A stretch of DNA of 64,000 nucleotides, taken from contig CBDBHB010000006.1 in the NCBI GenBank assembly GCA_965205505.1, positions 416,001 through 480,000 on the forward strand, read 5' to 3'. The stretch is from Acidobacteriota bacterium. GTDB lineage: Bacteria > Acidobacteriota > UBA890 > WLXD01. The notes under the pieces are model-generated. The model was not told the DNA's origin, ran no database searches, and saw only the letters and a list, made by a program, of their open reading frames with translations. The position numbers were made by a program, and so were the translations under genes. Below, piece after piece: positions 17,198 to 27,578 of the stretch (its first letter is position 1; each line of letters begins with the position of its first letter).

Positions 17198-19645
17198 CTA
17201 ATCGGTACGCAACGCCACCAGGGGATCGATGCGCGTTGCCCTCAGCGCCGGGACGAAGCTCGCCGCCGCGGCGGTCGCCCCCAAGACCAGCACCGCGATG
17301 CCGTAGGCAGCGAAATCGGTGGCGCTGACGCCATACAGCACCGTGGTTGCGGCGCGCGACAACAGGAGTCCGCCGGCCACGCCAAGCACGAGACCGACGA
17401 GCGTCAACCGAGCGCCATGGATCATCACTGCTCGAGTCACGTCAACGGCCCGGGCTCCGACCGCCATGCGGATTCCGATCTTGCGGAAACCCTGTGCCAC
17501 CGCAAAGGAGATCACACCGTAGAGCCCGACCGCCGCCAGCAGCAACGCCAGGCCGGCGAACGCCGCAACTACGCCGGCGGCGAGCCGCGCTGGCAAGAAC
17601 GCCAGCCCCAGGCTGCCGTGCCCGGTGTTCAGATCGGATACCGGCATCGTCGGATCCCGGCGTTGGATGGTTCGGCGTACGGTTTCGAGGGCGGCAGCGG
17701 GGTCGCCAGCGGTGCGCACGTGGACAAAGGTCAGCCCGCCACGGTACTGCTGGGCTCGAGCGCCATAGAAGTAAGGCTTTGGATCCTCGCCGAGGCTGAA
17801 GTACTTGCCGGTCGGCACGACGCCGATAATCTGCCGCTCCTCGCCGCCACTACGGATCCGCTTGCCGACCGCGGTGTCGCCGGGCCAGAAGCGGTCGGCG
17901 AACGCCTGGTTGATGATCGCCACGGGCGCCGCATCGAGGCCGTCGTCCGCGGCGAATGACCGCCCGCGCAAGATCGGGATTCCCATAGCGACGAAGTAGC
18001 CGTGATCGACCTCGTTGTAGTCGAGGCTGGGCCAGTCCTGCCCTTCCGGAATCTCGTATCCCTCGGGCAGCACGCCGCGCGTTCGCGACATCAGCGACAG
18101 CGGCGTCGACTGCGAATAGCCCACCGCTTCGATTCCGGGCTGTACCAGCAGGTCGGCGCGCAGCTCGTCGAAGAAGGTGCTGAGCTCCTTCACCGGGTAA
18201 CCCTGCAGCGCCGGGTCGACGCTGGCGTGAACCAGGCCCTCCGGGTTGAAGCCCAGATCAAGACGCTGCACTTGCTGCAGACTTCGCAGCACCATCCCGG
18301 CGGCAATCAGCAGCACCAGGCACACGGCCACCTGGCCGACGACGAGAGCCTCGCGCAGGCGCGTCGAGCGCCCTCCAGAGCCGGGCGCACCGTCCTTCAG
18401 CGCGACGACCAGATCCTGGCGGGTGGAGGCGATCGCGGGCGCCAGCCCGAAAACCAGCCCGGTGGCCGCCGTGACCAGGAACGTGAACGCCAGCACGGTG
18501 GCGTCCATCCCGACGTCGATCCGCAGCGGCACCCCGGTTGGCGGCTGGAATGACTTCAGCAGGCCGATCAGCGCCAAGCCGAGGAGCACGCCGAGCACTC
18601 CGCCGAGCGCCGACAACACGGCGCTCTCGGTCAGCAGCTGGCGGCTTAAGCGTCCTCTGCCGGCGCCCAACGCCAGACGGATACCCACCTCGCGCGTCCG
18701 GGCGGTCGACCGCGCCACCAGCAGGCCGGCGACGTTGGCGCAGGCCAGGAGCAACACGAAGCCGACGACGCCCGACAACAACGACAGCATGGCGACAAAG
18801 CCGCCGCGAACCGCAGGGTGCAGCGCCGCCTTACTCTCCGGATAGAAATCGACCGTGATGGCGGTATTGGTATCCGGGTAGAGATCTTCCAGATGCACGT
18901 ACAAGGCGTCGAGTGCCGATTTGGCCTGCTGCATCGTGACACCAGGCCTCAACCGGCCGGTGGCTGACTGGATCCAATGGTTACCGCGACGCTCGAGGTT
19001 GGAACCCGAAGGAGTTAGCGCAGGCTCCATGCTGAACGGGATCCAAAGCTCGGTTCGAATGGCGGTGTTGTTGCCTTCATAATCGGCGGGCGCCACCCCG
19101 ATCACGGTGATCTCCTGTCCGTTCAGCAACATACTGCGCCCCAGAGCTCCGGGATCGGCGCCGAAGACGTCGCTCCAGAACCGATGGCTGAGGACGGCCA
19201 CCGGATGGGTCCCCTCGGTCTGATCTTCTTCGGGGAGGAAGCCGCGCCCGAGCTGCGGTTCTACACCCAGCATGTCGAAGTAGTTTCCAGTGACATAGGT
19301 GCCGAAGATTCGGCGGCTCTCGCCGCCGGCGCTGAAGCTGAAGATACCGACGGTGTCGGCCAAGACCTGCTGGAACACGTCGTCGGTGGCCGCGCGCATG
19401 TCCACCAGGTCGGGGTATGACCAGGAGCCGAACTGCAGTCCGTTGTTGTAGTTGAGGTACATGCGCACGAGGCTCTCGGGCTCACGGATCGGCGCCGTCT
19501 GGTAAAGAAACGCCCGCACGAAGCTGAACGCGGCCGAGTTGGCTCCGATGCCGAGCGCCAGGCACGCTACCGCCGCCACGGTGAACCCGGGACTGTTGAT
19601 CAGCTGTCGGGCCCCGAACCTCAGATCTCGTGCGAAATCACCCAC
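17198..19645 (-). CDS. ADOP-type duplicated MacB/FtsX ABC permease
   Basis: DLRFGARQL..SPGFT, LLLACANVAGL, REVGIRLALGA and IDPLVALRTD motifs; no adjacent ATPase. Confidence 0.92.
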   Translation of the reverse strand: MGDFARDLRFGARQLINSPGFTVAAVACLALGIGANSAAFSFVRAFLYQTAPIREPESLVRMYLNYNNGLQFGSWSYPDLVDMRAATDDVFQQVLADTVGIFSFSAGGESRRIFGTYVTGNYFDMLGVEPQLGRGFLPEEDQTEGTHPVAVLSHRFWSDVFGADPGALGRSMLLNGQEITVIGVAPADYEGNNTAIRTELWIPFSMEPALTPSGSNLERRGNHWIQSATGRLRPGVTMQQAKSALDALYVHLEDLYPDTNTAITVDFYPESKAALHPAVRGGFVAMLSLLSGVVGFVLLLACANVAGLLVARSTARTREVGIRLALGAGRGRLSRQLLTESAVLSALGGVLGVLLGLALIGLLKSFQPPTGVPLRIDVGMDATVLAFTFLVTAATGLVFGLAPAIASTRQDLVVALKDGAPGSGGRSTRLREALVVGQVAVCLVLLIAAGMVLRSLQQVQRLDLGFNPEGLVHASVDPALQGYPVKELSTFFDELRADLLVQPGIEAVGYSQSTPLSLMSRTRGVLPEGYEIPEGQDWPSLDYNEVDHGYFVAMGIPILRGRSFAADDGLDAAPVAIINQAFADRFWPGDTAVGKRIRSGGEERQIIGVVPTGKYFSLGEDPKPYFYGARAQQYRGGLTFVHVRTAGDPAAALETVRRTIQRRDPTMPVSDLNTGHGSLGLAFLPARLAAGVVAAFAGLALLLAAVGLYGVISFAVAQGFRKIGIRMAVGARAVDVTRAVMIHGARLTLVGLVLGVAGGLLLSRAATTVLYGVSATDFAAYGIAVLVLGATAAAASFVPALRATRIDPLVALRTD

Positions 19646-19798
19646 GATAGCCTCCTGCCTCTGCCGCGCCGTCGGACAGACGGGACATGCGCCTGTCTAG
19701 CTGGTACGACGACGACCGCGCACGTCCGGTTTCCTTTTGTTGGCACGACCGACGGCTGATACCCTCTCGCCCAACTTCCCACGGACTCGCCTCCGATC

Positions 19799-20857
19799 GT
19801 GACGAACGTCGTCGAAACTGACTCGCAGCGCCGGACCCGCAAGCTTGCTGGCTTGCTCCAGATGGGCTTCGAGTGCGTCGAGGGACCGCTCACCACCGAG
19901 GCTGAGATGCTTGCCGATGGTTGGCGGGTCTCGCAGTCAGTGCCGGCGATGGGAACCGTGGTCTCAGTGTCTGCGTTTCATGAGTCGCGCCTGCTGTCGG
20001 AGGAAGCGATTGGACGTGGGCTGGCGGAGATGGACCGGCTCATAGCGATCCTCAATCGGCACGAGCCGACCTCTGCGATGGGGGTGCTCAACGACACCGG
20101 AGCGCTGCGATCGGCCCCCGATGAGCTCGTCTACCTGCTACGACGAGCTCGTGGGTTCGAGCTGCTCAGCGCCGGTGCCTTCGACATCGCCGTGGCGCCA
20201 GTAGTTGACCTGCTGCGCCAGCGGCGTGAGTCCGGCGACGGCCGCCCGCTGAGTAATGGCGAGCTCGGCGAAGCGCTGGCCCGGGTGGAAGCGGGCCGCG
20301 TCGATGTCGATGGGCGAGGCGTTCGATTTCGTGGAGAGCGCACCACCGTGACGCTCGACGGTATGGCGAAGGGGTTCATCGTCGACCGCATGGCGCACGC
20401 GCTGGAAGCGTGTGGCGCCGACGGCTACCTGATCAACGCGGGCGGCGATATCCGCACGGCCGGAACTCGCGATGGACGGGCGCCCTGGAGCGTGACAGTA
20501 CAGGACCCCGACAAAGGAGGCGAGTACCCTGACGTGCTGCGGTTGCACGACGGCGCCGTCGCCACTTCGGGGAGTTACGAGATCTATTTCGATCGCCAGC
20601 GCACGCTGCACCACATCATCGACCCGACCGGCGGATGGCCGGTACACACCAGCAGCGTGACCGTGCGTGCGGCCACCGCCATGACTGCAGACGCCCTGGC
20701 GACAGCAGTTTTCGTGGCCGGGCCGGAGAAAGGCATGCCGCTGGTCGCTTCGATCCCCGGGGCTGCCTGCCTGATCGTTGCCGCTAACGGCTCTATCCTC
20801 AAATCCGCCGGATGGACGAACCGGCCCGAGATCGCCGCACCCCCTGGAGACCGATGA
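19799..20857 (+). CDS. apbE: FAD:protein FMN transferase
   Basis: AMGT, GAFDI, LDGMAKG, NAGGD, ATSGSYE, HHIIDP and ADALATA motifs; no lipobox visible. Confidence 0.92.
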   Translation: MTNVVETDSQRRTRKLAGLLQMGFECVEGPLTTEAEMLADGWRVSQSVPAMGTVVSVSAFHESRLLSEEAIGRGLAEMDRLIAILNRHEPTSAMGVLNDTGALRSAPDELVYLLRRARGFELLSAGAFDIAVAPVVDLLRQRRESGDGRPLSNGELGEALARVEAGRVDVDGRGVRFRGERTTVTLDGMAKGFIVDRMAHALEACGADGYLINAGGDIRTAGTRDGRAPWSVTVQDPDKGGEYPDVLRLHDGAVATSGSYEIYFDRQRTLHHIIDPTGGWPVHTSSVTVRAATAMTADALATAVFVAGPEKGMPLVASIPGAACLIVAANGSILKSAGWTNRPEIAAPPGDR

Positions 20858-21345
20858 CCCATTCGACATCGCAGTACCGGAGTGGACAGAGGCTGGCGCT
20901 GGTGGCCCTGCGGATGCTGGTTGGCTGGCACTTGCTGTACGAGGGCATCGCCAAGCTGCAGAATTCTTACTGGACTTCGGCCGGGTTCGTTTCCGAGGCG
21001 CAGGGGCCGTTTGCGGGGTGGTTCCTGTGGTTGGTGTCGGAACCGGGGCGCCTACAGCTGGTCGACCTGCTCAACAAGTGGGGCTTGACGCTCATCGGCC
21101 TGGCCCTGGTCGTCGGTCTGGGGTCACGCACGGCGTCGTTGCTGGGCATGGTCCTGCTAGGACTCTACTACGTCGCCAACCCGCCCCTGCCCGGACTGGA
21201 CACGGCGATTCCCGCCGAGGGGTCGTACATGATCGTCAACAAGACCTTGATCGAGATTGCGGCGCTGTTGGTCATCAGGGCCTTCCCTACCGATGACGTG
21301 GTGGGCCTCGGTCGACTTCTGCGACGCGAGAGGGAATCGGCATGA
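20854..21345 (+). CDS. DoxX/DoxD-like membrane protein
   Basis: LRMLVGWHLLYEGIAK and EGSYMIVNKTLIE motifs; ATGA overlaps on both sides. Confidence 0.85.
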   Translation: MTHSTSQYRSGQRLALVALRMLVGWHLLYEGIAKLQNSYWTSAGFVSEAQGPFAGWFLWLVSEPGRLQLVDLLNKWGLTLIGLALVVGLGSRTASLLGMVLLGLYYVANPPLPGLDTAIPAEGSYMIVNKTLIEIAALLVIRAFPTDDVVGLGRLLRRERESA

Positions 21346-22958
21346 GCATGGACGACAACGAGCAGACGATCCACGACGCCGGCAACGCGCCCGACAAGAG
21401 CAGAGTTCACGGCAAGGCGCTCGACCGCCGCGACCTCTTCAAGGGGCTGGCATCGCTGCCGGTTCTCGGGACGCTCGGATGGGGGGCGTGGCGTAAGAAA
21501 ACGCTTGCTGACGAGCGCCGAAACCAGGTGCTGGCCGAGCTCGGGGTGAGCGGTGATGCGCCAGCGATCATCGACCACGCACAAAGCCGGCCACCTGCCG
21601 ATCGCATCAACCTCGGGATTATCGGCTTCGGCGGCCGGGGCGAGACGCTGATGCGCGGCGCGGGGTTCGCTCACCCTGAAGTTACCGAGGAGTGGCGGCA
21701 GGCCGCGGCCGAGGATCCGCGTAACACTCGACTCTCCGAGTTCATGCTGCAGGGCGATCTGAACGTGGCGTTTACCGCCGTCTGCGACGTGTTCGACGTG
21801 CGCGCCGAACGTGCTATCGCAGCGTCAGCTAACGAGACGCGCCCGGGCGGTGACTCGGGCTCCCGGCCCGCCTACCGGTTCCGCCACTACGAGGAGCTGC
21901 TCAATTCCCCCGATGTCGACGCCGTGCTGATCGGCACCCCCGATCACTGGCATGCGCCGATGACAATCGCCGCCGCCGCTGCCGGCAAGCACGTCTACTG
22001 CGAGAAGGCGATGACGCGCACCGAGGAAGAGGTCCTGCCGATGGTGGAGGCAGTCAAGGCCTCGGGCATCAAGTTCCAGCTCGGTCACCAGAATCGTCAG
22101 CTCGAGAGCCACGAAAAGGCGCGCGAGATCATCGAGAAGGAGATCCTCGGCAAGGTGACGCTGGTGGAAACAACCACCAACCGTAATGATCCCTGGGGCG
22201 CTTGGGTATGGGACATTCATCCCGAAGGCAACCCCGACACCATCGATTGGGAGCAGTTCCAGGGCAACGCCGCCAAGCAAGTGCCTTTCAACCTCGAGCG
22301 GTTCTTTCGATGGCGCTGCTGGTACGACTACGGCACCGGGTTGGCGGGCGATTTGCTGTCGCATGAGTACGATGCCCTCAACCAGATCATGAACCTGGGA
22401 ATCCCGAAGTCTGCGGTCGCCTCGGGCGGCGTTTACTTCTTCAAGGATGGCCGCGATGTGCCCGATACCTTCCAGGTGGTCTACGAGTATCCGGAGCGCG
22501 ACCTTACCGTCGTGTACAGCGCCACGCTGGCGAGCGGACGCGGACGCGGCAAGGTGTTCATGGGTCACGACGCCGCGATGGAAGTCGGCAGCGGCGTGCG
22601 GGTGATCGCCGACGCGCAGTCGACACGCTATGCGGATCTGATCGAGCGCGACGTTGTTGATGTCGATCGGGCTCTGCTTACGTATCGACCAGGCTTCAAG
22701 GGGCTCGACGCCGTGACCACCGCCACCGAGGAGTACTTCGCCAGTCGCGGATTGTTATTCACCTACCAAGGCGGCCGACGCGTCAGCACGCATTGGCTGC
22801 ATATCAAGGACTGGCTCGATACGGTGCGCCATGGCGGCGAGCCGAGCTGCAACATCGATCGCGGCTTCGAGGAAGCGATGACCTGTCATATGGCCACGAA
22901 GTCCTACCAGCTCGCCCGCAGGGTCGAGTGGGACCCGGTCCAGCAGAAGATCGTGTAG
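21342..22958 (+). CDS. Gfo/Idh/MocA oxidoreductase with Tat-like N-terminus
   Basis: DRRDLFK plus a hydrophobic stretch; IIGFGGRG, TPDHWH and HVYCEK motifs; DAVTTAT near the C-terminus. Confidence 0.92.
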   Translation: MSMDDNEQTIHDAGNAPDKSRVHGKALDRRDLFKGLASLPVLGTLGWGAWRKKTLADERRNQVLAELGVSGDAPAIIDHAQSRPPADRINLGIIGFGGRGETLMRGAGFAHPEVTEEWRQAAAEDPRNTRLSEFMLQGDLNVAFTAVCDVFDVRAERAIAASANETRPGGDSGSRPAYRFRHYEELLNSPDVDAVLIGTPDHWHAPMTIAAAAAGKHVYCEKAMTRTEEEVLPMVEAVKASGIKFQLGHQNRQLESHEKAREIIEKEILGKVTLVETTTNRNDPWGAWVWDIHPEGNPDTIDWEQFQGNAAKQVPFNLERFFRWRCWYDYGTGLAGDLLSHEYDALNQIMNLGIPKSAVASGGVYFFKDGRDVPDTFQVVYEYPERDLTVVYSATLASGRGRGKVFMGHDAAMEVGSGVRVIADAQSTRYADLIERDVVDVDRALLTYRPGFKGLDAVTTATEEYFASRGLLFTYQGGRRVSTHWLHIKDWLDTVRHGGEPSCNIDRGFEEAMTCHMATKSYQLARRVEWDPVQQKIV

Positions 22959-23029
22959 CGTTCGCCGGTTCGAGGGCGACGAGGAACATCGGCTCGTCGA
23001 TAGACATCCGCCAGGGGCACGTGACACGC

Positions 23030-24235
23030 ATGCACGGCAAGTTCCAGCTCGGCTTGATGATGTTCCTGCAGTACGCCATCTGGGGCGCGTGGGCCCCGGT
23101 GTTGTCTGCGTATCTGCTCGCGGACCTGAGCTTCGAGGGCACGCAAGTCGGGTTCGTCTATTCACTCTTGCCGATGGCCACGATCATCGCTCCGTTCGTC
23201 GGCGGGCAGATCGCTGATCGCTACTTCGCCTCCGAGCACACCATCGCCTTTCTGCAGCTGTCGGGCGGCGGGGTGCTGCTATACGCGGCGACGCTGACCG
23301 ACTACCGGTCGCTGGTATTGGTGATGTTCGTGTATTGCCTGTTGTATGCGCCGACGTTGGCGCTTACCAATTCGATCGCCATGAGCAACCTCGACAACTC
23401 CGAAGAGGGGTTCGGTCGGATCCGGGTCTGGGGAACGATCGGTTGGATAGCAGCGGGGTGGATGCTCTCGGCCTGGCGCGCCGGCACCGGCGGAATGGTG
23501 GTGGCCAGCGACATGTTCCTACTCGCCGGCGGCTTCTCCATCGTCATGGGGTTGCAGTCGTTTCTGTTGCCGCATACGCCGCCGCGGCGTGACAGCCGCA
23601 CGCCCTGGCCGTTTCTGGAAGCGCTGCGCATGCTCCGAGATCGCGAGTTCGCCATCTTCATGTTGATCTCGTTCGTCGTTGCCACCGAGCTGCAGTTCTA
23701 CTATGTGCTTACTGCGCCATTTCTTCAGTCGTCGGCTATCGGCATTTCACCGGCGCGCGTGCCGGCCGTCATGACGGTCGCTCAGATCGCCGAGATCTTC
23801 GTGCTGGTGGTGATGCTGTCGTGGTTTCTCAAGCGTTACGGAATGCACTCTACGCTGGCGCTGGGCGTCATCGCGTGGCCGGTGCGCTACGTGATCTTCG
23901 CCATTGGCACTCCATGGTGGCTGGTGGTGGCGTCGTTGACCCTGCACGGTTTCTGCTACGTTTTCTTTTTCGTGGCGGCGTTCATCTACGTTGACTCGGT
24001 GGCGCCGACGAGCATCCGGGCCTCGGCCCAGAGTCTCATCGCCATCGTCACCTTGGGGGTCGGCAGCTTCGTCGGCAGCAACTTTGCCGGCTACGTGCAA
24101 AGCTGGTTCACCGTTGACGGGGCGACCGATTGGTTCAACGTGTTTCTCGTACCCTGCGCCGTGACGGTGTTGTGCGCCGTAGCGTATCTCTTGTTCTTCA
24201 AGGACCAACGCGCGGCGCAGCCGGTTGCCGTTTGA
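23030..24235 (+). CDS. MFS transporter, nucleoside:H+ symporter family
   Basis: MMFLQYAIWGAW, GQIADRYF and IRVWGTIGW motifs, about 12 TM helices. Confidence 0.9.
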   Translation: MHGKFQLGLMMFLQYAIWGAWAPVLSAYLLADLSFEGTQVGFVYSLLPMATIIAPFVGGQIADRYFASEHTIAFLQLSGGGVLLYAATLTDYRSLVLVMFVYCLLYAPTLALTNSIAMSNLDNSEEGFGRIRVWGTIGWIAAGWMLSAWRAGTGGMVVASDMFLLAGGFSIVMGLQSFLLPHTPPRRDSRTPWPFLEALRMLRDREFAIFMLISFVVATELQFYYVLTAPFLQSSAIGISPARVPAVMTVAQIAEIFVLVVMLSWFLKRYGMHSTLALGVIAWPVRYVIFAIGTPWWLVVASLTLHGFCYVFFFVAAFIYVDSVAPTSIRASAQSLIAIVTLGVGSFVGSNFAGYVQSWFTVDGATDWFNVFLVPCAVTVLCAVAYLLFFKDQRAAQPVAV

Positions 24236-24256
24236 CGGCCCCATGAATCGAGCCCC

Positions 24257-25507
24257 ATGACTCAACGACGACTCGGTGTAGGGATTATCGGTGGCGGCTT
24301 CGTCGGCCGCTTCCACATCCGTTCCTTCATCGGCGTCCGCGACGCCGATGTCCTCGGCGTGGTCAGTCGAAGCGGTGAGACCGCGGAGGAAGCGGCCGCC
24401 CTAGCGCGCCAGCTTCGCGTCGGCGAGGCGCGGCCGTTCGCTTCGATTGCCGAGTTGGTTGCCGATCCTGGTATCGATGCGGTGTGGATCTGCTCGCCCA
24501 ACTTCACCCGTATCGAAGTCATGGAGGAGATCGTCGACGCGGTGAAATCGGGCAAGGGCAAGTTGCTAGGTGTAGCGTGCGAAAAACCGCTGGGGCGCAA
24601 TACCGCCGAGGCGATGCGCATGGTCGAGCTGGTGCAGGAGGCCGAGCTGCTCGACGGCTATCTGGAGAACCAGTTGTTTACGCCGAGCGTGGTACGCGGC
24701 AAGCAGATCGTCTGGGAGCGCGGCGCTGCCCTCACGGGACCACCCTACCTGGCACGGGCGGCGGAAGAGCACGCTGGCCCGCACATGCCCTGGTTCTGGT
24801 CGGGTGAGTTGCAAGGGGGCGGGGTGCTCAACGACATGATGTGCCACTCCGTGGAGACAGCGCGCTTTCTGCTGACGCCGCCCGAGGCGCCCCGCGATGC
24901 GCTGACGCCGGTTCGCGTGACCGCCTACACCAACTGCTTGAAGTGGCAGCAGCCGCACTACGCCGAGCAGCTGGCACGAGCGAGCGGAGGACAGAACGAC
25001 TACCAGACCCGCCCGTCCGAGGATTTCGCGCGTTCGCTCGTCGAGTATCGCGACCCGGACGGCAACCCGCGCATCGTCGAGACCACCACATCGTGGTGCT
25101 TCGTCGGCGCTGGGCTGCGGCTCACGATGGAGCTGCTCGGCCCCGAATACTCGATGTCAGTGAACTCACTCGACATGGGCCCCAAGCTGTTCTTCTCGAG
25201 GCAAGTGGTCGGGACGGCAGGCGAGGACCTGGTAGAGAAGCAAAACGCGGAAGTTGGCCAGATGCCGGTGGTGGCCGACGAAGAAAGCGAGTATGGCTAC
25301 GTCGGTGAGAATCGGCACATGGTGCGGTGCTTTCTCGACGGCCGACGGCCGGACGAGACGTTCGACGATGGTCTCAACGTCACGGAGTTGCTGATGACCG
25401 CTTATATGAGTGCCGAGCGTGGCGCTGCCATCGAGTTTCCGCCGCCGGACCTGGCAGGCTTCGTGCCGGCCGTGGCGCGCGGCGAATGGAACCCCAAGAG
25501 CGAATAG
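24257..25507 (+). CDS. Gfo/Idh/MocA oxidoreductase (no signal peptide)
   Basis: GIIGGGFVG, CEKPL and GGGVLNDMMCH motifs. Confidence 0.9.
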   Translation: MTQRRLGVGIIGGGFVGRFHIRSFIGVRDADVLGVVSRSGETAEEAAALARQLRVGEARPFASIAELVADPGIDAVWICSPNFTRIEVMEEIVDAVKSGKGKLLGVACEKPLGRNTAEAMRMVELVQEAELLDGYLENQLFTPSVVRGKQIVWERGAALTGPPYLARAAEEHAGPHMPWFWSGELQGGGVLNDMMCHSVETARFLLTPPEAPRDALTPVRVTAYTNCLKWQQPHYAEQLARASGGQNDYQTRPSEDFARSLVEYRDPDGNPRIVETTTSWCFVGAGLRLTMELLGPEYSMSVNSLDMGPKLFFSRQVVGTAGEDLVEKQNAEVGQMPVVADEESEYGYVGENRHMVRCFLDGRRPDETFDDGLNVTELLMTAYMSAERGAAIEFPPPDLAGFVPAVARGEWNPKSE

Positions 25508-25533
25508 AGCCGCTACAGGCAGGAGATCCCCTG

Positions 25534-26265
25534 ATGACCCATGATGTGAGACGACTACCACTACCTGCCATCGTGTTCAGCGTCGGCGCTGCAGCTGCCA
25601 TCGCTGTCGGCGCCGTACGCTCGCTGCCCGCTGGCGGTGAAGCCAGTGCGATTCCGCCGGTGGAGGAGACGATGTCGGTGAGCTCAGATGGTTTCGAGGA
25701 CCTGATCCAGCGGAACGACAACGGCGTCTTTCACAAGGGCGGTTGGAACCACTACGGACCGGGCTACTTCGTGCTCGATGGGGAAACCGGCGTGTTCGAG
25801 TCGCACGGCGGCATGGGGCTCATGTGGTACAGCGCCCGCGAGTACTCCGACTTTGCGCTCGAGCTCGATTTCAAAACCAGCAAGCTGGAAACGAATTCCG
25901 GGGTGTTTATTCGCGTTCCCGGTGTTCCGAGTAGCGACGATTACATCTATCACTCGTTCGAGATCCAGATCTACGATGCGACCGAGGAGGGGATCCACCG
26001 GACCGGCGCAGTCTACGACGCGGAACCGGCGACGCACTTGGCCTCTCGCCCGACGGGCGACTGGAACCACATGCGTGTGACCTTCGTAGGTGATCACATC
26101 GCCGTCGAGATCAATGGCGAGATGGTGGTCGATTGGGATGCGGAGCCACGCGGGAAGATTGCCGACTTCGCCGCCTCCGGCTATGTGGGGTTGCAGAACC
26201 ACGACCGCGACAGCTCGGTCTGGTTCCGCAACATCCGGGCCAAGGACTTGACCGCCGCGCCGTGA
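25534..26265 (+). CDS. DUF1080 (3-keto-glycoside lyase/hydrolase-like) exported protein
   Basis: N-terminal hydrophobic segment; NSGVFIR, EIQI, WNHM and GLQNH..VWFRNI motifs. Confidence 0.88.
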   Translation: MTHDVRRLPLPAIVFSVGAAAAIAVGAVRSLPAGGEASAIPPVEETMSVSSDGFEDLIQRNDNGVFHKGGWNHYGPGYFVLDGETGVFESHGGMGLMWYSAREYSDFALELDFKTSKLETNSGVFIRVPGVPSSDDYIYHSFEIQIYDATEEGIHRTGAVYDAEPATHLASRPTGDWNHMRVTFVGDHIAVEINGEMVVDWDAEPRGKIADFAASGYVGLQNHDRDSSVWFRNIRAKDLTAAP

Positions 26266-26295
26266 CGGCGACCTGGGCTACCGGCCACTAGCGCA

Positions 26296-26559
26296 CTAGT
26301 CGTTGCCAGGTGTCGGCGGATCCGCGGACCCTTCGTCGTCGCGCCGCGACCGTTGTCGCTCCTGGAGCATGTGGCGCCGGTCGGGCTCGAGAAGGGACTG
26401 CACTTCGAGCAGCGCGTTGCCGACCCGAGCCGACGATCCACCGCGACGCCAGTCGTCGCTTACCCAGCGTTGCTCGCGCCGCTTCATCAGCCAGCCAACC
26501 CAAAGGAAGGCGCCCACGGCTACCACGATCACGATCGCGAGCTGTGCGAGCTCACTCAT
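26296..26559 (-). CDS. Small single-TM hypothetical protein
   Basis: N-terminal TM helix, then GNALLEVQSLLEP. Confidence 0.6.
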   Translation of the reverse strand: MSELAQLAIVIVVAVGAFLWVGWLMKRREQRWVSDDWRRGGSSARVGNALLEVQSLLEPDRRHMLQERQRSRRDDEGSADPPTPGND

Positions 26560-26632
26560 CGTCGATACCGTAGACCCCACCGCCGGAGCAGCAACTCGTA
26601 TCGCAGCTGGATTGGCGCGCCGATCGCACGCT

Positions 26633-27556
26633 TCAGGACATCTCGCTGGCAAGCTCGTTGCGGACTCGCTCCAGCAGTGCCTTGGTGGCGCGAATCCCAT
26701 CGGGCTCCGACAAGCGCTCGCCCTCGTACTCAATGCCCACCCGGCCGCGATACCCGGCGTTGCCAACGATGCGCAGCAGGCGGTCATAGTCGAGCCGGAC
26801 CTCGTTGCCGTCGGGTCCGAAATCGTACGACTTGGCGCTCACGGCGCGCGCCATGGGCATCAGCTCCTCGACACCGAGGTAAAAGTCATACCAGTCATCA
26901 TCGGCGATTCGGAAGTTGCCGAAGTCCGGCAGGGTCCCGAGCCCCGGATGGTCGCCGCGACGGATCGTCTCGGCCAGCCACTTGCCATTGCTCGATAGGC
27001 CGCCGTGATTCTCGACCAGCACGCTCAAGCCATGGTCCGAGGCGAACTCCGCCAGGCGACGCAACCCATCTGCGGCCAGCCGGCTCTGCTCCTCCCAGGT
27101 GCCCTCCGACGCTGCGTTCACGCGGATGCTGTGACAGCCAAGGAAGGCGGCAGCCTCGACCCACTTGTGATGGTTCTCGATTGCCTGAGTACGTACTGCG
27201 GCGTCCGGATCTCCGAGGCGTCCCTCGCGGTCGCACATGATTAGCAGGCTGCGAACGCCCTCACCGTCGCAACGCGCCTGCATCTCCTGCAGGTAGGCTG
27301 CGTCGCGTGCCCGTTCGAAGAAGAAGACGTTGACGTACTCGACCGCGTCAATGCCGAACGTGGTGCGGGCTCCATTGATGAAGTCGAGATGGTCGAGCTC
27401 ACCCGCGAGCAGAGCCCGGTGCTGCGACCACTCCGCCAACGAGATGCTGAACCACGAGTCGCTCGCGCGGCCGTGCGCAGAAATGGCAGGAAGCGCCGCG
27501 ACCGCCCCCAGTGCTGCTGACTGCCCCAGGAATCGCCGGCGTGTCGTGGGCTTCAT
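26633..27556 (-). CDS. Tat-exported sugar phosphate isomerase/epimerase (xylose isomerase-like TIM barrel)
   Basis: TRRRFL Tat motif; ENHGG, LPDFGN, SAKS and GIEYEG motifs. Confidence 0.9.
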   Translation of the reverse strand: MKPTTRRRFLGQSAALGAVAALPAISAHGRASDSWFSISLAEWSQHRALLAGELDHLDFINGARTTFGIDAVEYVNVFFFERARDAAYLQEMQARCDGEGVRSLLIMCDREGRLGDPDAAVRTQAIENHHKWVEAAAFLGCHSIRVNAASEGTWEEQSRLAADGLRRLAEFASDHGLSVLVENHGGLSSNGKWLAETIRRGDHPGLGTLPDFGNFRIADDDWYDFYLGVEELMPMARAVSAKSYDFGPDGNEVRLDYDRLLRIVGNAGYRGRVGIEYEGERLSEPDGIRATKALLERVRNELASEMS

Positions 27557-27578
27557 GATCGAGCCTTCTCCGAGAGGC

